Source of the DNA: Paramecium tetraurelia
Taxonomy: Eukaryota
Direction of reading: 5' to 3'
Assembly: GCA_000165425.1 (NCBI GenBank)
Contig: CT868174.1
Coordinates: 496,001 to 545,223, forward strand
DNA: 49,223 nucleotides
The stretch's first letter is position 1; each line of letters begins with the position of its first letter. The position numbers and the translations under genes were made by a program. Shown here piece by piece: positions 1-11,595 of the stretch. Under the pieces are notes generated by a model that saw only the letters and a program-made list of their open reading frames with translations, was not told the DNA's origin and ran no database searches.

Positions 1-618
1 AATAATATATAGTTAGACAATTGTTTGTAAAATGCCCTAAGGTTTACAAGCTAATTACATAAAACATTTTTCATTCTCACTCATCAAGATGAAGAAATTT
101 GCAATCAGATGAAGGAAGAAAATGAGTACTTATAAGAACGACCATGGGAACATCCACTAACATTTAAGTAGTTACAAGAGCAATTGATATTTTCTATTTC
201 GATTCATGATTTTCAACAATTATTGAGGGAACAAAAATAAAACTTCAATGTGCTATCTTTGGATATGAGAAGTGCTAAGGAATACGAATAGGCTTGCATT
301 TCTGGTTCTTTGTTTGCATTCTATGACAAGAAGAAGATCAATAACATTCAGTTATTAAATTATTTCGAACTGAGAGGATTAGTTGAAGAATAGAGCATTT
401 ATTATGTGGTTGCGATTTGCGATACAGAAAAGCAAAACGTGAACGAAATCATAGATTATTTGCTTAAATAAAGAATCAAACGTCTTGTTCTGTTAAAGGG
501 GGGAATTTAGGCTGCCCTGCTTGATGCGTAGGACATCATTAAGTTTAAATAGAAGGCAGTGTTGCCTCCATGGATAAAAGTGCAAATTGATGAATTAAAG
601 AAAAAAAATATGTAATGA
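1..618 (+). CDS. 3' part of a protein with a C-terminal rhodanese-like domain (possibly TBC1D23/TBCK-type); 5' truncated by the window
   Basis: Frame 1 is open in code 6 to TGA 616-618. Motifs LDMRSAKEYEQACISGS, VVAICD and RLVLLKGG match the rhodanese consensus (D.R...EY..GHI.GS / L.GG). The TBC link is inference only. Confidence 0.7.
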
Positions 619-640
619 AAGATTGATAATATTAATTTTT

Positions 641-2786
641 ATGTTTTAAATTAAGATCACTATGTTAATCCTGTATATCATATCTTGCTTTGAAGGCAAG
701 AATCTTATACCTCTCTGTATCAATATAGGATTGATCTGTACTCAATTTGGCAGTCTTAAATTTCGAATGCACACTGTATTTCGAATTTATGAAACACTAA
801 TTTTGTTTATTTAAATTGCGCTTATTACCTTATATGACTAGCAATTGATTGTTTACAATGTGATTTACATCATCTTATTAGATGAAACAGCAAGATTCAA
901 ATATTCTTTAATTCAAAAGCTTTCATTGCTAGGTATACTGTTCTTATAATGAAGGAACCAGTGTTTTTTATAATAATTTTTATATCATCAAATGTGATTG
1001 AATATTTAAGAAATAGTGCTTTTGCTTTGGGAATTATAATTGTGATGATAAATAAAGGAATTACAAAATAGGGAGAATTTACCAATTTATTATCGAGTAC
1101 TCGTACACAAAGTCCACGAGCATAAGAGACTTAAGGCCTGATGATAGTGGATCCCCAGAATTTAAATTGTATATATATGAATGAATATGTTAAAAGAAAA
1201 TTAGGTAATTAGTAATTAATTATAAATGAAATTGATTCAATAAGTAAATAAAAATTCGATTAGAAAATAAGAAATATTGAATTGTTTGAATTATTAAATG
1301 AATTTGATTTAAAATAATTTATGATCCATGTAAATATTGGATTTCAGATATAATGTCTGATCATACTATTGAGATAACTAAAGATGTAGATCAAAATAAA
1401 ATTCATATTACATTTTAGAATAACAAAGAAAGAGATGATCACCTTAAAAAATCATATCTATATCAAATACTGAAATAAATCTTTCATACTATTTCACATG
1501 AATTTGGAACTTCATTAAATTTTATGTTAGCGATAGCCCAAGTTGCAATAGATAAATATCCAAATCAAAAGTATTATCACTCTTTTCGAAACACATGTGA
1601 AATCATGCATTATTTCGTACTAGATATGGTTGATTACAATGATATTTTGGGGAATTAATTCAAATTGTAATTGGAAGAATTAGATCTCTAAACAATTTTG
1701 GAGTCAGTTACTACGCTGTTTTAGGAGTAGTGCAGGTAAAAGGACTTATAATTGAGTTTTGAAAATCACATTCCAGAGAGCTGGTAAATAATATCTGATC
1801 AAAGGAGGATTAAGTAAATTTTGATCCATTTAATCTCTAACGCCTAGAAGTTTACTTTAAAGGGTTCAATTCTCATAAAGGTGTTAGCCATTAGAGATGA
1901 CTTGATACAATTCTCGGTAACAGATACAGGAATTGGAATAAGCTAAAATGATGAATAAAATCTAAGAAATATGTTGGAGTAGGATTTCAAAGATGAATAA
2001 TATTTGTCATCCAATACTGCTGGATTCGGATTGGGTTGTTATTTGGCTAATAAAATATGTTTGCATTTGTCGAATAAGCAGTTCAAACTTGAATTCAAGA
2101 GGAATGAAGTAGGAACAACATTTTGGTTTTAAGTTCAAAATAATATTTTACCTACTCAAAGTATAGGGAGGATCTTGGGGATTTAATAAATCAATAAACA
2201 TTCTTACATAGATTTGAAGTAATCCTAAATAGAGAGGGCAGTTGGAAAGAAGTTGAGCAGAGTGGCCAGTAAGCCATCGCTCAATTCAAAATCAAGAATT
2301 ATGTCCTTCAGATGTTTAATTGATCCTATAAAGGATTACACGGAAAGTGTGATAAATGAAGAAGTCAATTCAATAGAAAGAAAAGCCAGAACTTGTATCT
2401 TGAATAGGAATATCAAAAAGTCAATGAAATTTCTGATAGTTGATGATGAGATCATTAACATTATTGGATTGCAATTGATTTTGAAAAGAATGAACATTGA
2501 TATCGATTATGTGTTCAATGGGGTGGAGTGTTTGCGGTAGGTGGAACAGAAGAGGTATCTTTATTAAGGGATCTTCATGGATATCAATATGCCTTTGATG
2601 GATGGATACGAAACTACTTAGAAATTGATTTCTCGTTATGGAAATTAAATTAAGATTATTGCTTGTACTGCCTACACTGATAGTGAAACTAAACAACGTT
2701 GTTATGACATTGGAATGAGTTACTTCCTTAACAAGCCAGTGAACATCGTAGAATTATAAAAAATACTTATATAATTTTAATAATGA
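641..2786 (+). CDS. Membrane-bound hybrid sensor histidine kinase/response regulator HK1 (apparent -1 frame break near 1308-1385)
   Basis: Hydrophobic N-terminus; likely intron 933-961; H-box SHEFGTSLN (~1493); N-box HLISNAQKFT; G1 DTGIG; G2 GFGLG; receiver LIVDDE..FMDINMPLMDG..CTA..KPV; TGA 2784-2786. Confidence 0.9.
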
Positions 2787-5115
2787 TATTGCTAATATTT
2801 GCCAACATTTCATCAATCATCTTAGAATTTTGGGAATGCCAATAAATTATTGAATATGTCTTTCTAAGCATAACTCTGTTTATTGATGTACTTCTTATCG
2901 CTTTCTCCTTAAAAAAATAGCAAAACTACTTAACCAGAATGTTACTATTTATTTAGGCTTCAATCCTTTTTTCCGTATTTAAAGATCCAAAGCTTTTAGC
3001 AATCAATGCAATATATCAATGTAAAATGAGGTACTTAATATAATCTTCGAATATAATATTTAATTGCCTCGAATATTCATGTATACCTTTAATTTAATTA
3101 GGCTTTTTGGTATTGATAGCCCTTTTGAGTGCAAAATATGAATTATTCGATGTAATACGTACAGCTCTCTCTGCATTTTTCTTAATTGGATTTTAAGTGA
3201 AAGAACAAATTTCCTTAAAATAAAATTAACAAAAGGGAATTGAAAACCAAACAGACTAATTCCCAATATAGATAGAAACAGATACTATTATAACTTCATA
3301 ACAATTAACATCAAATAATCCAGAAATTTTTCTAGATGATTTCTTAGGTATTGTTCAATCCAATTAGAAGATGAACGATATTTTGTAACAAATGAATTAC
3401 GACGATGTTACGAAGCTCTTGCAAGAAATATAGATCACTAACATAGACTCTAATTCTGCAAAGAAGATGGGAAGATATAAAGATGACTCATTATGGTTTT
3501 TATTGAAAAGGATAATTAATAAAAGATTAGAAATTTATATTTAAGTTTTGGATTATTATCATCCTGCATTTCAAAAATATTTAATTTTGATTCATTATAA
3601 GACTCAGTTTTAAATTCAATTCATATAAGTGAATGAAAGAGACACTTATACCAAAAAGAAATATCTCAGCCAAATATTATACTAGTTATTCAAATCATTT
3701 TCACATGAATTCGGAACATTACTAAACTATCTCTTGGCATTATCTTAAGTAGCAATAGATCAATTCCCTGATCAAGTGGGGTTTTTCTAACCAATAAAAT
3801 CGACAGGCCAAATAATGCATCATTTTGTTTAAGACATGGTTGATTATAGCGATATTTTAAATAAGAAATTCTAGTTGTAATTTGCACCTGTCGATGTGGA
3901 AGACTTACTGCAAGAAGTTATCGGATTCTATAAGTCATAAATTGAAGAGAAAGGGTTGAAAATTGGTTATTAAATTAATCTCGGAAGACAAGCAAAAATT
4001 TTTCGATGGTCGAAGATGCAAGTAGGTATTGAGTAATCTAATTGCAAATGCTTAAAAGTTTACAGTTTAAGGAGGCATCAAAATCACTGTTACTGAGTAA
4101 TCAGGTTTCACTATATTTTCAGTTGAAGATACTGGATTCGGAATGAACTTAGAATCATTTGAAAATTTAAATCACATCCTAGAAAACGAGTTTAAGTCTG
4201 AACAAAAGATTTCGTAACACACTGCTGGATTTGGTTTGGGCTGTTATTTATCGAATTAGATTGCTTTGAAATTATCAAACTTGCCCAAATTAGCTGGTGG
4301 AGGATTACAATATACTAGGCTAGAGAAAGGAATTCGTGTTTCTTTCAGAGTCAAGAATTAGCCATTTGAAATATTGTATACAAGTTGTGACATATCATCC
4401 ATGAAATCTGGGATATTGTTTAATGAAAATGGATATTTCGATTCTCGTTAATCTATCATAGATTTACAACTTACAAATAAGCATAAATCTACAGAAACCC
4501 ATCTAATATTGAATATGAATAGAAAATCTGCTTTATTATCAATTTCATTTTCTCCAAATTAGATAAAATATTAAGTTGAATAAGAATTAAATCAAGAAAA
4601 TGAAATTTCTGATAGATTAAGGAAATGTCAATTTGTTAAAAGAAGAGAAACCTAAAAAAAATCACCTACTTTTGGAGCATCTACTAGTGATGTAAAGGAT
4701 GTCAAAAATTTCAAAGAATAAACGCACATCTTAATTGTTGATGATGAGATGATTAATATTATTAGTCTTAAGATACTGCTTAGTCAATTTAACATTAAAT
4801 GCACTTCTGCTTTTAATGGATTGGAAGCATTAAATAAATTAAAAGAATGTAATAATTAATTGATATATATTAGCTAATGAGCGATTCGATCTGATTTTTA
4901 TGGATGTTAATATGCCTATAATGGATGGGTTTGAAGCCACAGAATAAATATTGAAATTTGATGATAACTTACTAATTGCGGCTTGTACTGCCTTTGCTGA
5001 TGTAGAGACCAAAGCTAAATGCTATTCTGTTGGAATGAAGTATTATATCAACAAACCAGTTACAAAATTAGAACTCTTGAAATTATTGAATCACTTAAAT
5101 TTAATTATATAATGA
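2783..5115 (+). CDS. Membrane-bound hybrid histidine kinase HK2 (apparent +1 frame break at ~4001-4005)
   Basis: ATG 2783 opens a TM-rich frame; H-box SHEFGTLLN; N-box NLIANAQKFT; DTGFG; GFGLG; receiver LIVDDE..FMDVNMPIMDG..KPV; 25-nt intron 4849-4873; TGA 5113-5115. Confidence 0.9.
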
Positions 5116-7444
5116 TTAAACATAGAAAATAGGCCATACTAGGGATGTACATTCTGCAACTCATTTATTCTACTCTAGAATGCACTCGAGTTCCCATTTT
5201 GAAACTCATTTTGCTTTTAATCAGCTTAGTTATAAGCATATTCTAAATAGTACTTTTCACAAAATGCAATAAATGGAATATATACACTCAATTCGCCATC
5301 AATATTATGAGTATTTTCGCCAAATAGAGTGATCAATTCATGATACTATAATCCCTTGTAGGATTTACAATTTTTATGCAAATTGATCAAAAAAGATGGC
5401 ATATAAATATTCTTGCTTGTTCAAGTAGTATTGGAAAATTATCATAGTCCATGTAACCCTACTCTGTATATATTCATAAAATAATGAAGTCCAATCTTAT
5501 TTGATGACAATATTCACGATCATGATTCTCTCCTATTTTTCTTGGGCTACCAAAGTGTAGAAACTATAAAAAGAGCAAAGCAAAGGATCTTTGCTTACAT
5601 CTCGAGTGCCCAATACGTTGAAGTCCCTCGTTTCTTTGGAGGATATACATTTTATAGAATAAAGAGCTATTGTTCTTGAAAATTCAACTACCCTTGAAGT
5701 GAGAACCTTTGCCAATGAACTCAGAGAATTGTTAATAAGAGACGAGGTTTTGGAAGACAACTTATTGGATCACATGAAAATACTAAAGGTAGACAAACAG
5801 ACCTAAAGAAACCTAAATTAAAAAATAAAGGGAATTAGTATGCGTTAGCTTATAAACAAATGTTAAATCCTACAGAAGACTGCAGAGATAGTAATAATAA
5901 AAACGAATTTCATATAGTTGGAATATTATTAGTTAAAGTTGAAATTTGAAAGAGATGTGATTATGTTAAAGTTTGAAGAAATCAAAGAGTTTGCGAAATA
6001 CATAAAAAAAAATTCGTGCTATGCATTGATGAATAAATTGTTTCAATCCTTCAGTCACGAATTCGGAACATTATTGAATCAGATTGCTCTCAATGCCTAG
6101 AATGGAATAGCCCAATTTCCATCTATGAAGGAGCAATTTGATTCCATTTATAATTGTGTAGTTATGATGAATAACATGGTCAAAGATTTAAAGGATTTTC
6201 ATTAATTACGCAGTAAAACATTTCAACTCGAGATTGTTGATGTAAAGATTGATGACATATTTGCTGAGCTCTCAAGCTTATTCAAATAATAAGCGACATA
6301 AAAAAAGCTATCCCTTTATCTAGTGAATCGAGTAAAAACGACTTTCAAGTAAGATGAATAAAGAATTAAATAAATACTGTAAAATCTTATTTAGAATGCT
6401 ATTAAATACACAAATTAGGATGGACACATTTATGTTACTGCAGAGAAGGAAGATGACAAAAGAATAAGGTTTTCTGTTTTGGATTCAGGTATTGGAATAA
6501 CTGAAAGTGTTGCTTCTAATATCGAAAAAATGCTGGGTAATGATCTGATTTTGACGTCAAAACTTTCAGAAGGGGCAGCTGGATTGGGTTTAGGATTGTT
6601 GAATTCAAATTATTTAATCAAACACTTGTCATCTTTCCAACAAGCACATAAAGAACACTTATAATTTAAATCAAAATTAGGAGATGGCACTAAATTTTGG
6701 TTTAATATTTGGAAATATCAAGTGTTGGATTCATCGGAAAGTTAATTTGAATCAAAATCAATAAAAATGATTGACAAGAAGGTATTCCTCCACTAGAAGT
6801 CCATCATTGCACCACCTCTTTCCTGCATGGCCTAGAATCCTAAAAGTTGTCCTTCATAAATTAGGAGATTGACTCCAAGTAGATCTTGCCAAAATAGACG
6901 ATAGCCTTAAATATTTTTCCCATCTAATATAAAGGATGAGAACATTATGATAATGGAAGAGGATGACAGAACCATCTCAGATGACCCTAAACCAAATAAT
7001 TTACCAAATCATTAACCAAGTCATTTACCAGGTCTTACGGCAAGATTACCATCTATGGGCTCACCTTAATGTTAATATGTTAAATTACTCCTGGTTGATG
7101 ATGAACCAGCTAATTTATTTCCTCTAAAGATTATGATTAAAATGCTTGGTTTTGAGAGTGACATAGCATTAAGTGGATATTAGGCTATTCAATAGGTGGA
7201 ATCAAGATTAAATTAAAAATGTTAATATCGTTTAATTTTAATGGATATCAACATGCCTTAGATGGATGGATTTGAAACTACAAGATCAATTAAATAGATT
7301 TAACCAGAAATTACAATTGTAGCTTGTTCGGCATTCAGTGACATGTAGACTAAATATTAAGCCCAGTTGCATGGGATGTTGGGTTATCTTGAAAAACCAA
7401 TAAATAAAGAAAATTTATAGCAAATTTTGGAAATGTATTTATGA
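5112..7444 (+). CDS. Membrane-bound hybrid histidine kinase HK3 (intact frame)
   Basis: ATG 5112 (alternative ATG 5145); small intron near 5425-5447; SHEFGTLLN, NLIQNAIKYT, DSGIG, GLGLG; receiver LLVDDE..FMDINMPQMDG..KPI; TGA 7442-7444. Confidence 0.92.
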
Positions 7445-8764
7445 TCATTATTATTTATGCAAATCCTTGCCTCTCTTGATAGCTTAATCAAATAATGATT
7501 TCATTCCTGGTTCTTATTAAATCTTCAATGCCTCGAAGTAAGATGCAGCAGCCTCTCCATACTCCTTCAATCCCTCATATGCTTAACCTTCAAAGTAATA
7601 GATCTTCACCCAATCTTTCTTAACATTCCTAGCCTGTTTGCAGGTTGTTAGTACATCCTTATATTTTGATAATTTCAATTAAGCATTTGCTAAGTTGGTG
7701 TAAATCTTCACAATTTCATCTCTATGCTGTTCAACAATCTATTTAGATTTCTCGATTATTTCACTATATTTTATAATAGCCTATTCATATTGTTCGCTTT
7801 ATAACAATTTATTGGCCTCAACCTTTTCAGTGTTGATTTCATTATACACATCCTTAATTTATTCATCAGTTAGTTAAACTGGGGGAGAAGGAATTTGTGC
7901 TTCCTTTCTCAAGGCAAACTCCCTATAATATTACACGCAATCCCATTTCTCATTTTATACTGCTAAGTCTAAAGGAGTTTACTTTAGATTCTCATAATTG
8001 ATATCAGCACCTTGTTTAATCAAAGTTTATGAAAATTTCAATAATCCTTTTTCAGCGCATAAATGCAAGGCTGACCATCCATCAGGATCTTTGATATTCA
8101 CATCTACTTTTTCAGGGAATTCTTCAAATATTGTATTGAATAACTCTTCATTATTTTAGTCAATCAGTAAATGTAATAAGGAGGGCATCTACTCTTAAAC
8201 GATATTTAAGTCTGCTCCTTTCTTTATCAAATGAAGAGCACTCAAATTTTATTAGTATGCCACTGCAAATGAGACCGGAGTTCCAAAATTAGACAAGGCA
8301 TTGATATTGGCACCAACAGAGAGTAATAGTTCTATCATTGGGATGGCACTTTATTATGCGGCCAAATGAAGTGCTGTGATAGTGTTTCTTTAATAATTGA
8401 CATCCACATGATGGACATCAATCAAGTATTACACAATCGATAAATGATTATGTTGAACAGCAATTAAGAATGGATTGTTTTTCTCATCATCTAATAAGCT
8501 TACATCTGCTCCTTTCTTCACTAAAAACTTGAACACTTCGAGATCTCCTCTTGAGGCTCCAAAATGAATAGCCTTCTTTCCCTTCCCCTCAGATATCGTA
8601 TTAATGAATGTTCTAATGGGAACTTTCTCATTCTCATTTCCCCTCTTGCGTTATTTAACATACAATAGATACTTTTTAATAGTATCAATGTCTGATGTGC
8701 TAATTTATGTGAAATATTCTTCGATGAATTTCTTTTCCTTCTCTATTTCTTTAATATCACTCAT
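7445..8764 (-). CDS. Ankyrin-repeat plus C-terminal TPR protein
   Basis: ATG 8764; ankyrin motifs AIHFGASRGD, TALHLAAQ and GWSALHLCAEKG; TPR helices EANKLL..QYEQAI and WVKIYYFEGQAY..EAAASYFEAL; stop 7447-7445. Confidence 0.88.
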
Positions 8765-8778
8765 TAATAATTTATTAT

Positions 8779-11515
8779 ATGAATTAATCGTAATTTTTGC
8801 AATCCTTAAACTTTGATCCACTCCGAAGTCCACCATTAAGAGAAATTGCTTAAAGACATAAAGTTTATCTCAATTAATAGCTAGAGAGCAACTATGTGCG
8901 GTTTGTTGATCGAATCTAATGATTTTTGTCAATGCTGTGGCTTGGGAATTCACACTCACCCTATTTCGCTGAAGGCAAACATCATCAATTTAGCCTTTTT
9001 GGGTCAAGGCATACCGCTGTTTTATAATATCACTTTTCTACTCATTTTGCTGACATTCATATTATTACTTATATTTGGTCTGCCAACCATCATTTTTAAT
9101 TTTTTAGCTGAAAATTGCATAGAACAAACCAATGAGGCTTATAATATATTTATTACACAAGGTTGTTCTAAGAATTGTCCTCAAGAACAGGATGATTTCA
9201 AATTAATACAACAACTCATTTCTAATAGTGATTGTACTGTCATTTGCCAACACTACTAGGAATTGTGTATAGCAACTCTGTTATCAGAAATGTCATTCAC
9301 TAATAAGCAATTGGAAGATGACCTAAAAATCATATAGTCTTTCTTTGTATTCGGATCTGTGATTTTTATAAAGATTTATCTTGTTTTAATTAGGGAGAAG
9401 CAGAGAATCATCGAGGCTGAGTGTGATTAAGAGTTGATATCTCCATCAGATTTCACGGCCATGCTGAATCATTTACCAGAAGAAGATTACGATGAAAAAG
9501 AGTTAGCCACAGCAATAGAGTAATATTGCCAGAAAATCGATAGTTCAAATAAATATGAAGTAATTAAAATTAATATTGCATATGATATCAAATCATTTGT
9601 ACTCAAAAGCAGAGAGAAAATTAAATTAGAAAAAATCTTGGCAGAAGAACAAAAATATTATATCAAAAATTAGAAATATAAGAGAAATAAACAGGAAATT
9701 GAGAAAATCAAACTTATGGTAGAACAACTGAAAAAAGAATTGGCCAATATAGAAATTGAAATTGAAAATGGGTCTTATAGAAAAACGACATCCGTTGCTT
9801 TCATCACATTTCAAACCAAATAATGTATCATTATTAAAATATGTAGAATTATAAAAATTAATACAACAAACCAAATTATCATATTGGGAATAGTTACTAA
9901 TGCAAGTTAAGAGATTGATTTAAAATAAGGATAAAAGAGGATTCTATTTCAAAGATAACTTAATATCAATTTGCAGAGCCCCTGAACCAGACGACATATT
10001 TTGGGAGAATTGTGGAATTGAAAATTCCATTAAAATCAAGAGAAAATTTATTAGTTGGATAGTGGTCTTTGTTTTGTTGGGAATCTCCTTTGCCACTCTC
10101 TATGGACTTGAATATTTGCAAGTAAATAATCATCTTATTAATTTAAGAATCAATATCTTTCAAATGACTTAGATTTTATTACCAAAACATCATTATCACT
10201 CTTAAAATCCTTAATAATCACTATTGTTGATGCTCTCATTTATTATTTCATAACCTTATTAGCTAATCATGAAAGACATGTAACTAAAACCCATCAAGAC
10301 ACTTCAGTTGCTTAAAAATTGTGTTGTGTACAATTTATTAACTCTTGTTTTCTTTTACTTTTGATTCATCTAATTGGAGTTGGATAGAAAGGGGATTTCA
10401 TGGAGAAATCAAAGTATGCAATCTAAAAATAGGGAGGAATTGCAAATGATTTACTGTTTGTTTGTTGTATGAATGCCCTATTCACTCCGATCACAGCCTT
10501 TTTTAACCCTATTTATTTCATCAAGAAATTACAGCAACTTTTTATAGAATCCAATAAGAGTCTGACTTAATTAGAAGCCAACAAATTATTTGAAGGACCT
10601 TAAGTGTTGTTGTATGATCAATATGCATTTATATGCAAGACAACTTGGATCACGTTGTTTTTAGCCCCATTGACTCCAATTTGTATCTTTATTAACTGGA
10701 TTGGGTTGTCGATGTATTATTGGATATAAAAATATTTGTTATTGAGAAGAAATAGCAAACCTCCATTTCAAAGTAGTCATTTAGACAGGGAAATGCTAAC
10801 ACTTCTAGACTTAAGTCCGCTATTGTTGGCTGGGATGTAGTATTGGATTGATGAAATCTATGATTCCAATTATCTTAGTCATAGTATAAATATTGGGACG
10901 CTAGTGATTGCAGGATTGGAATTGGTCTTTCCCTCCTATCGAATTCATCAAATCTTGTATAGAAAATAATTGGAAGATATAGAGAATTAAAGATATATTG
11001 ATGTTCACCTTCGGTTTACAACTGATTACGATAGAACTAATCCGTTGACGAGCGAACAAGCAACCCAAGAATTTATGAAGAAGAAATTTCAATAGTTTAA
11101 CAAATAGATGACTTATAAGAGGAATTCTAGAATGCAATCAACCAAAAGATCTTTGAGAGAGTATGTTCAGAAAGGAATCTAGAGTGCGAATATATCAAGA
11201 ATTCAAATTCTAAAGAGAAAGCTTCAGATTGCTTATAAATTAAAGATGTTTCAAAATATTTAATAGGAAACCAAGTATAAGGAATCTGATCGTGAAGACT
11301 CCATTCACACATTTAACTTTCCAGCTTATTAAAGAGCTCCACAGTACAACTTTTCAAGAGTAATTAATCAGTTTCCCAACTATTGCCAATATAATTCAGA
11401 TCTCACGAGTAGAAGCAATTCTATTTCCTCAACTATATAATTAAACACATCAAAATATTAATTAACAACAAAACGAAATTCTTAAATCTAATCTTTTAGA
11501 GCTCCATTATAATGA
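8779..11515 (+). CDS. OSCA/TMEM63 (CSC1)-like multi-pass channel, paralog A
   Basis: Intron 8863-8884 plus two further small introns; motifs SDFTAML, AFITFQT and RAPEPDDIFWEN (OSCA/RSN1_7TM signature), followed by multiple TM helices; TGA 11513-11515. Confidence 0.8.
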
Positions 11516-11595
11516 CAATATAAATGATTATTTTTCTTCAAAAATATACAATATATATTAAAGTTAAATGAGTTGTAAACAAGATTTCATGAGCA

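Noticed and set aside
615..626. ATGA overlap at the end of the rhodanese gene
   Set aside because: That ATG opens only three codons (ATG AAA GAT TGA) and is out of frame with HK1. It shows that TAATGA alone is not meaningful.
1312..1318. Euplotes-type AAA-TAA +1 frameshift site
   Set aside because: TAA is Gln in this organism, so there is no stop-driven shift, and the required shift is -1/+2.
641..7444. Bacterial contamination or recent transfer of a two-component operon
   Set aside because: The genes use TAA/TAG as Gln and contain tiny spliceosomal introns, like their neighbours.
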